Origin: a virus
Virus record (IMG/VR): IMGVR_UViG_3300028584_000124
Location: 1-41,273 of that record
Reading direction: 5' to 3' (one strand)
DNA: 41,273 nucleotides
Below the pieces are notes generated by a model. That model did no database searches. It was given only the letters and a program-made list of their open reading frames with translations, and was not told the DNA's origin. Positions 34,390-40,790 of this stretch are shown here, in pieces (position 1 is the stretch's first letter; every line of letters begins with the position of its first letter). Position numbers and translations under genes: made by a program.

Positions 34390-34659
34390 ATGAGCAAAGC
34401 CACCAACGACGCGCTGTCGGCTCTCCACGGCGCACTCGCCACGGCCCTGGCCGACAAGATCAAGGAGGGCACCGCCACTGCGGCTGACCTGTCCGTCGCC
34501 AAGGCGTTCCTGAAAGACAACGGCATCACAGCCACCCCGGTCCCCGGCTCGCCCCTCGCGAACCTGCTGGATACCGCACCGGACGCCCCCTTCGACGAGG
34601 ACGCCGAGCTGGACAAACAGCGGGCCATCTTCAGTGGCGCACCGAGCGGCCACCACTAG
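34390..34659 (+). CDS. terminase small subunit (gp18-like, DNA maturase A)
   Basis: 89 aa, the same size as T7 gp18 and directly upstream of the large subunit. Helical N-terminus, acidic C-terminus. The call is positional. Confidence 0.6.
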   Translation: MSKATNDALSALHGALATALADKIKEGTATAADLSVAKAFLKDNGITATPVPGSPLANLLDTAPDAPFDEDAELDKQRAIFSGAPSGHH

Positions 34660-34691
34660 CCCCACCGGACGCCCACCAGCGCCCACATCAA

Positions 34692-34724
34692 GCCCTCGCA
34701 GGTAATCCTTGCGGGGGCTTTTTT
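34692..34724 (+). terminator. rho-independent terminator
   Basis: GCCCTCGCA (34692..34700), 9-nt loop, TGCGGGGGC (34710..34718), then TTTTTT. Confidence 0.8.
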
Positions 34725-34779
34725 GTGTCTCCAGCGCCGCTCCTAGAGCCAGCGCGGGGCACTCTGAGACATCCCCATC

Positions 34780-36507
34780 ATGAGCGACCTACCGACCCCC
34801 GGCGTGAGCCGACAGGTGCGGCGGGCCGAGGAGAGGACGGAGCAAAAGAGCTACCGTCTCTTCAAGAACTTCCTCGCCCGCGTGTGGCAGTTCCTGCGGC
34901 TCCCGTCGCCCACCCCCGTCCAGTACGACATCGCGGACTACCTGCAGTTCGGCCCCAAGCGTGCCGTCATCCAGGCTTTCCGTGGCGTCGGTAAGAGCTG
35001 GATCACCGCAGCCTTCGTGGTCTGGCTGCTGTACCGCGACCCCCAGAAGAAGATCATGGTCGTGTCCGCCTCCAAGGAGCGTGCCGACGCCTTCGCTATC
35101 TTCGTGAAGCGCCTGATCATGGAGATGCCCGAGCTGGCTTTCCTGATCCCCTCGCGGAGCCAGCGCACCTCCAACGTGGCCTTTGAAGTCGGCCCCGCCC
35201 AGGCGGACCAGTCGCCCTCCATGAAGTCGGTCGGCATCACCGGCCAGCTCACCGGCTCGCGCGCCCACGTCATCATCGCGGACGACATCGAGGTCCCCAA
35301 GAACTCCTTCACGGCCCCCATGCGGGAGAAGATCGCGGAGCTGATCAAGGAGTTCGACGCGGTGCTCAAGCCCGCCGAGGACTGCCCCGCCGACGAGCCG
35401 CCTCGCATCATCTACCTGGGAACCCCCCAGACTGAGATGTCGATCTACAACCGGCTCCCGGAGCGGGGCTACGAGATCAGAGTGTGGCCCGCCCGCATCC
35501 CCGTGGCCATGTCCAAGTACGAGGGGCGCATGGCCCCCTTCGTCCTGGCCCTCATGGCTGGCGGCAAGAAGGCCGGTGGCCCCACCGACATCATGCGGTT
35601 CACCGACGGCGACCTGGCCGAGCGCGAGCTGTCCTACGGCCGGTCGGGCTTCGCGCTCCAGTTCATGCTGGACACCAGCCTCTCCGACGCCGACCGCTAC
35701 CCGCTCAAGCTGGAAGACCTGATGGTCATGCCGCTGGACGCCGAGCGCGCTCCCATCTCCATGGCCCACGGCAAGGACCCCAGGAAGAACGCCCTGGATG
35801 ACCTCTCCCCTGTGGGCTTCACCGGGGACGCCTACTGGGCACCCATGTGGATGGATGAGGTCTACGGCCTCTACACCGGCAGCGTCCTCGCCGTCGACCC
35901 CTCCGGCCGTGGACAGGATGAGACCGGCTACGCTGTCATCAAGCAGCTCAACGGTCGCCTCTTCCTGCTGGCGTCCGGTGGTCTCCGAGGAGGGGCCACC
36001 CCCGAGAACCTGGCCTTCCTCGCCAAGGTCGCCCAGAAGCACAAGGTCAATGCCATCCGCCTGGAGGTGAACTTCGGTGACGGCATGTGGGGCCAACTGT
36101 TCCGACCTGTCCTCGCCTCCATCTGGCCCTGCACCGTCGAGGAGTTTCGCTCCGTCGGTCAGAAGGAAACCCGGATCATCGACACCCTGGAGCCCATCGT
36201 CCAGCAGCACAGGCTGGTGGTGGACCGGGCGGTGATCGAGGAGGACCTTCGCGTTGATGACCCGAAGTACAGCCTCTTCTGGCAGTTCTGCAGGATCACC
36301 AAGGAGCGCCACTCGATAGCCCACGACGACCGCCTGGAAGCCCTCCAGATGGCCGTGGACTACTGGCTGGAGCGAATGTCCGTCGATGAGAACAAGGCCG
36401 CTGACGCCCACCGTGAGGCCCTCCTTGATGAGGTCCTGGCCATGTTCGAAGACGATGCAGGATTGGACAGTGTCAGGAGTGGCCCCCAGAACTGGTCTGG
36501 GGCCTAG
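34780..36507 (+). CDS. terminase large subunit, T7 gp19-like
   Basis: QAFRGVGKSWITAAFVVWLLYRDPQKKIMVVSASKERADA, PSMKSVGITGQLTGSRAHVIIADDIEVP, IIYLGTPQTEMS, GFALQFMLDTSLSDADRYPLKL, DPSGRGQDETGYAV, NFGDGMWG and AHDDRLEAL all parallel T7 gp19. Confidence 0.96.
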   Translation: MSDLPTPGVSRQVRRAEERTEQKSYRLFKNFLARVWQFLRLPSPTPVQYDIADYLQFGPKRAVIQAFRGVGKSWITAAFVVWLLYRDPQKKIMVVSASKERADAFAIFVKRLIMEMPELAFLIPSRSQRTSNVAFEVGPAQADQSPSMKSVGITGQLTGSRAHVIIADDIEVPKNSFTAPMREKIAELIKEFDAVLKPAEDCPADEPPRIIYLGTPQTEMSIYNRLPERGYEIRVWPARIPVAMSKYEGRMAPFVLALMAGGKKAGGPTDIMRFTDGDLAERELSYGRSGFALQFMLDTSLSDADRYPLKLEDLMVMPLDAERAPISMAHGKDPRKNALDDLSPVGFTGDAYWAPMWMDEVYGLYTGSVLAVDPSGRGQDETGYAVIKQLNGRLFLLASGGLRGGATPENLAFLAKVAQKHKVNAIRLEVNFGDGMWGQLFRPVLASIWPCTVEEFRSVGQKETRIIDTLEPIVQQHRLVVDRAVIEEDLRVDDPKYSLFWQFCRITKERHSIAHDDRLEALQMAVDYWLERMSVDENKAADAHREALLDEVLAMFEDDAGLDSVRSGPQNWSGA

Positions 36508-36614
36508 CGTACCACCCCCAGTCCCACCGGAAGACTTACTGCCAGCTAAGGCCGGGGGAGGACCCTGGATAGGCTGCTAGATGACCCCTGCTCCTGACCT
36601 ACAGGAGGAGGATC

Positions 36615-36633
36615 AATTGGGTGGCATCTATGC
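36615..36633 (+). promoter_or_regulatory. motif B copy (AATTGGGTGGCATCTAT-GC), candidate phage-RNAP promoter near the right end
   Basis: 16 of 17 positions match the 5107 and 15086 copies. It lies ~110 nt after the terminase stop, analogous in position to T7 phiOR. Confidence 0.5.
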
Positions 36634-36672
36634 CAGGGTCCTCTCTATGTGGGTACTGTAAGTGGCTATCTG

Positions 36673-36840
36673 AGTGGCACTGATCGAGATGCAGAGGGTG
36701 GTTCCCGAGGGGGAGGAAGGTCATGGTCCTCCCCCTATTGCCCATACCATCCAAGTCACCACGCCATGACCACAGGCAGTCCAACGCCTGGCTTGACTGG
36801 AGGTGGCTCTGCCGGGGATACCCCCTAGTGGCACTGATCG
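36673..36840 (+). repeat. direct repeat AGTGGCACTGATCG (2 copies, 154 bp apart) within a cluster of GTGGC-type motifs
   Basis: Identical 14-mers occur at 36673..36686 and 36827..36840. Related sequences are AGTGGCTATCTGAGTGG at 36661 and GGTGGCTCTG at 36802. Confidence 0.8.
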
Positions 36841-37169
36841 GACATGCCCCCAAGCTCTAGGCCTCGGCTCACCTTGGGGGTTTCCCGGATGTATTTTTGG
36901 TAGAGATTTGTCAGGGGTCATGATCAAACAGGATCGCGCGATGACCCCCCCGGCCCCCCTCCTTGACCCACATAGGGCCACAACTAGGGGAACATTCTGG
37001 GCCACGCGCCTGAATAGCTCAATGAATACAAGGGTTCGCGTCGGATAAGTAGTCCGATGGTGTGGCCCTAGTGGGTCAATGGGTCTATCTGACATTTCAG
37101 TTGAGGCGCGCGTCTTCGGTGGGGTGTAAAGGGTCCTTGTCATCTGACCACTGGTAGACCACACAAAGC

Positions 37170-37339
37170 GCCACGCAATGACCACGCCCAGACCACGGGA
37201 AGATGGACGCCCAGCACCACGCCCAGCCCCACAATACCCTACTCGCACAGTAGGACATCAAGCCATCCTTATGCCTACCGATCTAGTGGGGTATGACTGA
37301 CTGTCTCTTTTCGTGGTCACCTAGTGGTCATTGCGTGGC
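37170..37339. repeat. 16-bp perfect inverted repeat GCCACGCAATGACCAC / GTGGTCATTGCGTGGC
   Basis: Arms at 37170..37185 and 37324..37339. A third, direct 14/15 copy CCACGCCATGACCAC is at 36759..36773. Confidence 0.8.
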
Positions 37340-37414
37340 CCTGCTGGACCTTGTGACAGCCCGTCAAGCCTTACGGTGCGGGCGTCTGTCTGTTTTCTTT
37401 CATCGGATATGCAG

Positions 37415-37435
37415 ATTGCACTTGCGCAATCGCTA
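37415..37435. promoter_or_regulatory. TTGCGCAA palindromic motif, site 5 (ATTGCACTTGCGCAATCGCTA); candidate leftmost early promoter/operator
   Basis: Core at 37422..37429. The 21-mer is identical to site 1. TTGCAC and GCTATG flank the palindrome. It is the first site upstream of the early gene block. Confidence 0.6.
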
Positions 37436-37591
37436 TGGGTTCGATAGACAGTCAATACCGGACGGCGGAGACGCCAACCGGGCGGGGCTCCAGGGCCTCG
37501 GGTCTTTGACATTGTGAAGAGGTCGCGGGGTTCTAGCCTCGCCTGATGAGCCCTAGCAGGGCGAAACCTCAACCTTATTGCGCCTCAAGCC

Positions 37592-37612
37592 TAGCGCTTG
37601 CGCAATTGCAAT
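37592..37612. promoter_or_regulatory. TTGCGCAA palindromic motif, site 6 (TAGCGCTTGCGCAATTGCAAT)
   Basis: Core at 37598..37605, immediately upstream of the GGAG RBS and start of the first early gene. A half-site-like TTGCGCC lies ~20 nt upstream. Confidence 0.6.
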
Positions 37613-37624
37613 CGGAGCATGACC

Positions 37625-38032
37625 ATGGGCGACAACGTCGCAATCCTCGCGGGCTTCACCACGGAGCTTGAAGGCTCCAATGACCGGGGCGACATCGCGT
37701 TCCTGCTGGTCGAGCCCGCCACCGACTTGGACGGCACGTTCCGCGCTTGGGACATGGATGCGCAAGGGTTCATCCGCGTGGATGGCTGGCGCTGGACCTT
37801 CGATACGATGGCTGATCACCGCCCGGTGGAACTGGCCGTCCAATGCGTCCCGCCCGGTGGCGAGGAACCCGCGTCGTTCCTCTTTCGGAGGTCGCCGGGT
37901 CAGACGATCAGGGAAGGCGAGCTTGTCTCCCCTACCTTTGACAGCCTCGCGACGCTCTTCCCGTGGTGCACGGCGAACGGCTGGGCAAGCACGGGAGGCC
38001 TTGGCTGCACCTTCCGCAAGGTGGCCGCCTAG
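37625..38032 (+). CDS. first early protein, acidic N-terminal half, function unknown
   Basis: GGAG lies 8 nt before ATG 37625 (alternative ATG at 37619). High GC3. It occupies the position of T7 gene 0.3, but no sequence similarity is recognised. Confidence 0.6.
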   Translation: MGDNVAILAGFTTELEGSNDRGDIAFLLVEPATDLDGTFRAWDMDAQGFIRVDGWRWTFDTMADHRPVELAVQCVPPGGEEPASFLFRRSPGQTIREGELVSPTFDSLATLFPWCTANGWASTGGLGCTFRKVAA

Positions 38033-38035
38033 ACC

Positions 38036-38056
38036 ATTGCACTTGCGCAATCACCA
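38036..38056. promoter_or_regulatory. TTGCGCAA palindromic motif, site 7 (ATTGCACTTGCGCAATCACCA)
   Basis: Core at 38043..38050. The left arm is identical to sites 1 and 5, and the right arm is degenerate. Confidence 0.55.
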
Positions 38057-38057
38057 A

Positions 38058-38115
38058 GCCCCTCGCCCAGTCCCACGGGCGGGGGCCTCCCTCTCAAGCT
38101 CCCGGATTGACCGGG
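38058..38115 (+). repeat. modular intergenic stem-loop element, copy 1
   Basis: Hairpin GCCCCTCGCCC / GGGCGGGGGC (38058..38086), CT-rich spacer CTCCCTCTCAAGCT, then hairpin CCCGG-ATTGA-CCGGG (38101..38115). Confidence 0.6.
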
Positions 38116-38138
38116 GGTTTCAATAGGAGGCCCTAGAG

Positions 38139-38285
38139 ATGACAGCTTACGAAAAGACGTGCCGACGGGAGATTGCGGCACAAGCAAACCTTGTGGCCGT
38201 GAGTAAGACCCCCGCGCACAAGAAGCACCACAAGGCTTGCTTGCATGGATGGGAAGCGGAACTGCGCAAGGAGCTTGCCCGGTGA
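38139..38285 (+). CDS. hypothetical small basic protein (48 aa)
   Basis: AGGAGG lies 9 nt before ATG 38139. Its stop overlaps the next GTG start (GTGA). Below the ORF-track cutoff. Confidence 0.5.
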   Translation: MTAYEKTCRREIAAQANLVAVSKTPAHKKHHKACLHGWEAELRKELAR

Positions 38286-38659
38286 CCCGCCGTATCAAAG
38301 CAACCGTGACAGTCGCCATTCCCACGCCAGACGGCCCAGCCCGGCCTGTTGAAGCGGAAGCCTATCTGACCCGCGAAGACAGCCGCTGGGCCGCTACACG
38401 CCAGCCGGGCGGGACCTATTGGACCCTCACACACCGGGGGTCTGGAATGGGCCTTAGCTCGATCCTCCCGCCGACTAAGAGAAGCCAACAGGTCAACACC
38501 GTGCGCGCCGCTATCGCCGCATGGGAAGCGCACGCGGAACTGGACCTAAGCGCCTTCGACCGACTTACGACGCTTGGCCAAGGCTTCGACGGCTTCCCGC
38601 CTCCCCGCGACGTCATCGCCACTATGCGCACGCTCGCCGCTCAAGCCGGGATCGCCTAG
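38282..38659 (+). CDS. hypothetical protein
   Basis: GTG 38282 is coupled to the upstream stop. 125 aa, high GC3. Confidence 0.55.
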   Translation: MTRRIKATVTVAIPTPDGPARPVEAEAYLTREDSRWAATRQPGGTYWTLTHRGSGMGLSSILPPTKRSQQVNTVRAAIAAWEAHAELDLSAFDRLTTLGQGFDGFPPPRDVIATMRTLAAQAGIA

Positions 38660-38676
38660 TCCCACTCCCCGTCAAG

Positions 38677-38733
38677 CTCCCGGCCTCACAAGCCGGGGGC
38701 TCCCTCTCAAGCCGCAGGGATTGGCTTTGCGGC
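38677..38733 (+). repeat. modular intergenic stem-loop element, copy 2
   Basis: Hairpin CTCCCGGC / GCCGGGGG (38677..38699), spacer CTCCCTCTCAAGC (the same 13-mer as copy 1), then hairpin GCCGCAGGG-ATTGG-CTTTGCGGC (38711..38733). Confidence 0.6.
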
Positions 38734-38752
38734 TTCAATCGGAGCCCCTCCA

Positions 38753-39025
38753 ATGCGTCAAGCTATCGTCACCAAGTGGCACGGCCCTACCAACTACAGC
38801 GGCTCGCGTATCAAGGCCAAGGCTGCAGCGGGGTCTATCACCGTCCCGTGGGACTACGCCTTGAACGTCGCAGACAACCACACAGCCGCCGCCCGCGCCC
38901 TCGTTGAGAAGCTCGAATGGGCGGGGGTCTGGTCGGGCGGCGGGATGCCCAGCGGTGACGGCTATGTCTTCGTTGACGCGTCGGGGGCGGAGCCCTTCAC
39001 CGGCACTCCCGCGCCCCGCGCGTAG
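38753..39025 (+). CDS. hypothetical protein
   Basis: GGAG RBS. 90 aa (MRQAIVTKWHGPTNYSGSRIKAKA...). High GC3. Confidence 0.6.
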   Translation: MRQAIVTKWHGPTNYSGSRIKAKAAAGSITVPWDYALNVADNHTAAARALVEKLEWAGVWSGGGMPSGDGYVFVDASGAEPFTGTPAPRA

Positions 39026-39042
39026 CGGTTGCGCAATCGCCC
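39023..39042. promoter_or_regulatory. TTGCGCAA palindromic motif, site 8 (TAGCGGTTGCGCAATCGCCC)
   Basis: Core at 39029..39036. The site starts on the stop codon of the upstream gene. Confidence 0.55.
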
Positions 39043-39147
39043 TACCGCCTGATGAGGCCCCCGGACGCGGGCCGAAACTGCCCCCACGCAATCCAATGGG
39101 GCGCAGTCGCGGAAGTCCTTTCGCATGACCCACAACAGGAGAACCCC

Positions 39148-39291
39148 ATGTTCATCATCACCGACGCCCGCACCGGCCGTCCCCTCGGCTTGTCGTCCTA
39201 CAAGTGCCGCAAGCTCGCCAGGGTCGCGGCGCAAGCCCTCGCCGACGCCCTGGGCCAGCGGCTCGAAGTCCGTAGCGTCGGGGAGCGTTGA
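39148..39291 (+). CDS. hypothetical small protein (47 aa), TDxRTGRP motif
   Basis: AGGAG RBS. MFIITDARTGRPLG... shares its N-terminal motif, and a 22/23-nt DNA match, with the next gene. Confidence 0.5.
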   Translation: MFIITDARTGRPLGLSSYKCRKLARVAAQALADALGQRLEVRSVGER

Positions 39292-39293
39292 AC

Positions 39294-39491
39294 ATGGAGG
39301 CCGATACCGTCCTGACCGACACCCGCACCGGCCGTCCTGTGCGCCTGGCCGACACCGTCTGTGCGGACACCGGACGAAAGCACACGCTGCTGGGCTACTC
39401 GCAAGGCCACATTCTTCTCGCGGACAGGGACGGCGTTTTGAGGCGGGAGCGCTGCGCCTTCGTGGGGCTGGAAGTCCGCCAGAACACCTAA
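39294..39491 (+). CDS. hypothetical small protein (65 aa), TDxRTGRP motif
   Basis: GGGGAG precedes ATG 39294 (MEADTVLTDTRTGRPVRL...). The ORF-track TTG at 39288 is less likely. Confidence 0.5.
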   Translation: MEADTVLTDTRTGRPVRLADTVCADTGRKHTLLGYSQGHILLADRDGVLRRERCAFVGLEVRQNT

Positions 39492-39507
39492 AGCCCACCA
39501 ATGGAGC

Positions 39508-39562
39508 GCCTCCGGCCTAACCCGCCGGGGGCCTTTCCTTCCAGCCTCTGGGATTGTCCCAG
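39508..39562 (+). repeat. modular intergenic stem-loop element, copy 3
   Basis: A 9-bp hairpin GCCTCCGGC / GCCGGGGGC (39508..39532), CT-rich spacer CTTTCCTTCCAGCC, then hairpin CTGGGA-TTG-TCCCAG (39548..39562). Confidence 0.6.
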
Positions 39563-39588
39563 GCGCTGCATCGAGAGGCTCACACACC

Positions 39589-40134
39589 ATGACCACCCAA
39601 AGCCCCATCCGCCTGTCCCGCGAAGAACTGACCGCGCTGGACCCGTGCGACCAAGACCGCCGCCTGGCCCTGTTTGGCCGCAGGAAGTACCTCACGGCCC
39701 GACTGGCGATGGAAGCCGGGGCGACTGTGAGTGATCTATTGTGGGTCGCTGGACGACTTGGGCGCAAAGACCTGTGCGTGAAGTTCGCCCTGGCCTGTGC
39801 CCAGCGGACGGCCCACCTCAACCCAGACCAGCGTGTCCAAGCAGCGTTGGACGCCACGGCGGCTTGGCTTGCCAATCCTTGCGAGGACACCCAGTCGGCG
39901 GCGTGGTCGGCGGCGGAGGCGGCGTGGTCGGCGGCGAGGTCGGCGGAGGCGAGGTCGGCGGCGGAGGCGGCGTGGTCGGCGGCGGCGAGGTCGGCGGCGG
40001 AGGCGGCGTGGTCGGCGGCGAGGTCGGCGGAGGCGAGGTCGGCGGCGGAGGCGGCGTGGTCGGCGGCGGAGGCGGCGTGGTCGGCGGAGCAAGAGGAACA
40101 GAAGGTCATCTTCCTGTCGATCTTCGACGCCTAG
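39589..40134 (+). CDS. early protein with C-terminal AAWSAA(E/R) tandem repeats
   Basis: 181 aa. A helical N-terminal domain is followed by 65 residues composed only of A, S, W, E and R (SAAWSAAEAAWSAARSAEARSAAEAAW...). Confidence 0.7.
   Translation: MTTQSPIRLSREELTALDPCDQDRRLALFGRRKYLTARLAMEAGATVSDLLWVAGRLGRKDLCVKFALACAQRTAHLNPDQRVQAALDATAAWLANPCEDTQSAAWSAAEAAWSAARSAEARSAAEAAWSAAARSAAEAAWSAARSAEARSAAEAAWSAAEAAWSAEQEEQKVIFLSIFDA
39895..40089 (+). repeat. in-frame tandem repeat built from five codons (TCG, GCG, TGG, GAG, AGG)
   Basis: It has 21-nt (GCGGCGGAGGCGGCGTGGTCG) and 48-nt units. All six frames are open across it, which accounts for the spurious Arg/Gly/Pro-rich ORFs in the track. 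Confidence 0.9.
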
Positions 40135-40138
40135 CCCA

Positions 40139-40159
40139 TAGCGCTTGCGCAACTGCAAG
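40139..40159. promoter_or_regulatory. TTGCGCAA palindromic motif, site 9 (TAGCGCTTGCGCAACTGCAAG)
   Basis: Core at 40145..40152, a few nt after the stop of the repeat-protein gene. Confidence 0.55.
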
Positions 40160-40162
40160 ACA

Positions 40163-40222
40163 CCCTCGGTTCCACATGGAGCCGGGGGCCTTCTGTCCCA
40201 GCCGCTGGACACCCCAACGGCT
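40163..40222 (+). repeat. modular intergenic stem-loop element, copy 4
   Basis: Hairpin CCCTCGG / CCGGGGG (40163..40188), CT-rich spacer CCTTCTGTCCC, then a weaker hairpin AGCCG / CGGCT (40200..40222). Confidence 0.5.
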
Positions 40223-40241
40223 GCGCTTGGAGGCCCTCACC

Positions 40242-40358
40242 ATGAACACAAACCTCATCAACCGCTTGCCGCTTCTAGCCCTGGAGTTCCTCGTGATCTC
40301 CCTCGGCTTTGCCGCCTGGATCGCCTTCGTGGTCGTCCTAGCGAGTGCGTGCGGTTGA
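40242..40358 (+). CDS. small single-TM membrane protein (38 aa)
   Basis: GGAGG lies 8 nt before ATG 40242. Sequence MNTNLINRLPLLALEFLVISLGFAAWIAFVVVLASACG. Confidence 0.5.
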   Translation: MNTNLINRLPLLALEFLVISLGFAAWIAFVVVLASACG

Positions 40359-40736
40359 CCTAGCGTCTGGCGTACCGCTGCTCGCTAATGGGCAGCTCCG
40401 CCACAAACGTTAACGGGTACGACCGCTTTCGGCGCAGGATCATGAGAATACTCGGTCACCGCGTAGGCGGGGGTGGCATACAACCACACCCTGTCCTAGC
40501 GTGCGATTTCTCAGCGGTCTTAGCGTGGTCTCTCGGCTCCGCCACTATTGGCCAATGCTGGGGGGTATTATTGTGAAAGCGAGAAGAAACTGTGCGTAAA
40601 CACACAAGTCGGGACTTCTATATTTCCCTATTCGGCCTATCGGCCCACGTGGAGTTCCACGGGTGGACCGGGGGATGGGCCTTCACCCGCAGAGCGTCCT
40701 ACTTGCACATTGCGGGGGGATGCTTCAATGCTCACC

Positions 40737-40760
40737 TATCGCAATCGCGCAATCGCAAGC
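40737..40760. promoter_or_regulatory. TTGCGCAA-family motif, site 10 (TATCGCAATCGCGCAATCGCAAGC; core TCGCGCAA)
   Basis: Core at 40745..40752 with one mismatch, ~30 nt upstream of the MarR-like start. CGCAAT is repeated in tandem around the core. Confidence 0.5.
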
Positions 40761-40790
40761 GCGTCACCGTCGAAGAGTGGATCGCTGCCA

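Noticed and set aside
36803-37517. ORFs 36803..37048 and 37293..37517 (+), and 36721..37248 (-), in the end region.
   Set aside because: They have low GC3 compared with real genes and no RBS. One contains palindromic site 5 and the inverted-repeat arm. The region is better explained as non-coding.
39797-40141. Arg/Gly-rich and Pro/Arg-rich ORFs on both strands across 39736..40358 (for example RRRGRRRR...). The repeat array might also be a CRISPR-like or non-coding microsatellite.
   Set aside because: These ORFs are alternative frames of the (GCG/TCG/GAG/AGG/TGG) tandem array. The frame continuous with a normal N-terminal domain, RBS and stop (39589..40134) is the plausible one. There are no spacers, so the array is not CRISPR.
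40548-40790. The long N-terminal extension of the MarR-like ORF (track start 40548, or ATG 40728).
   Set aside because: The extension is Gly/Pro/Ser-rich with poor codon usage and would bury motif site 10 in coding sequence. All nine other sites are intergenic. The ATG at 40791 begins the recognisable winged-helix domain.
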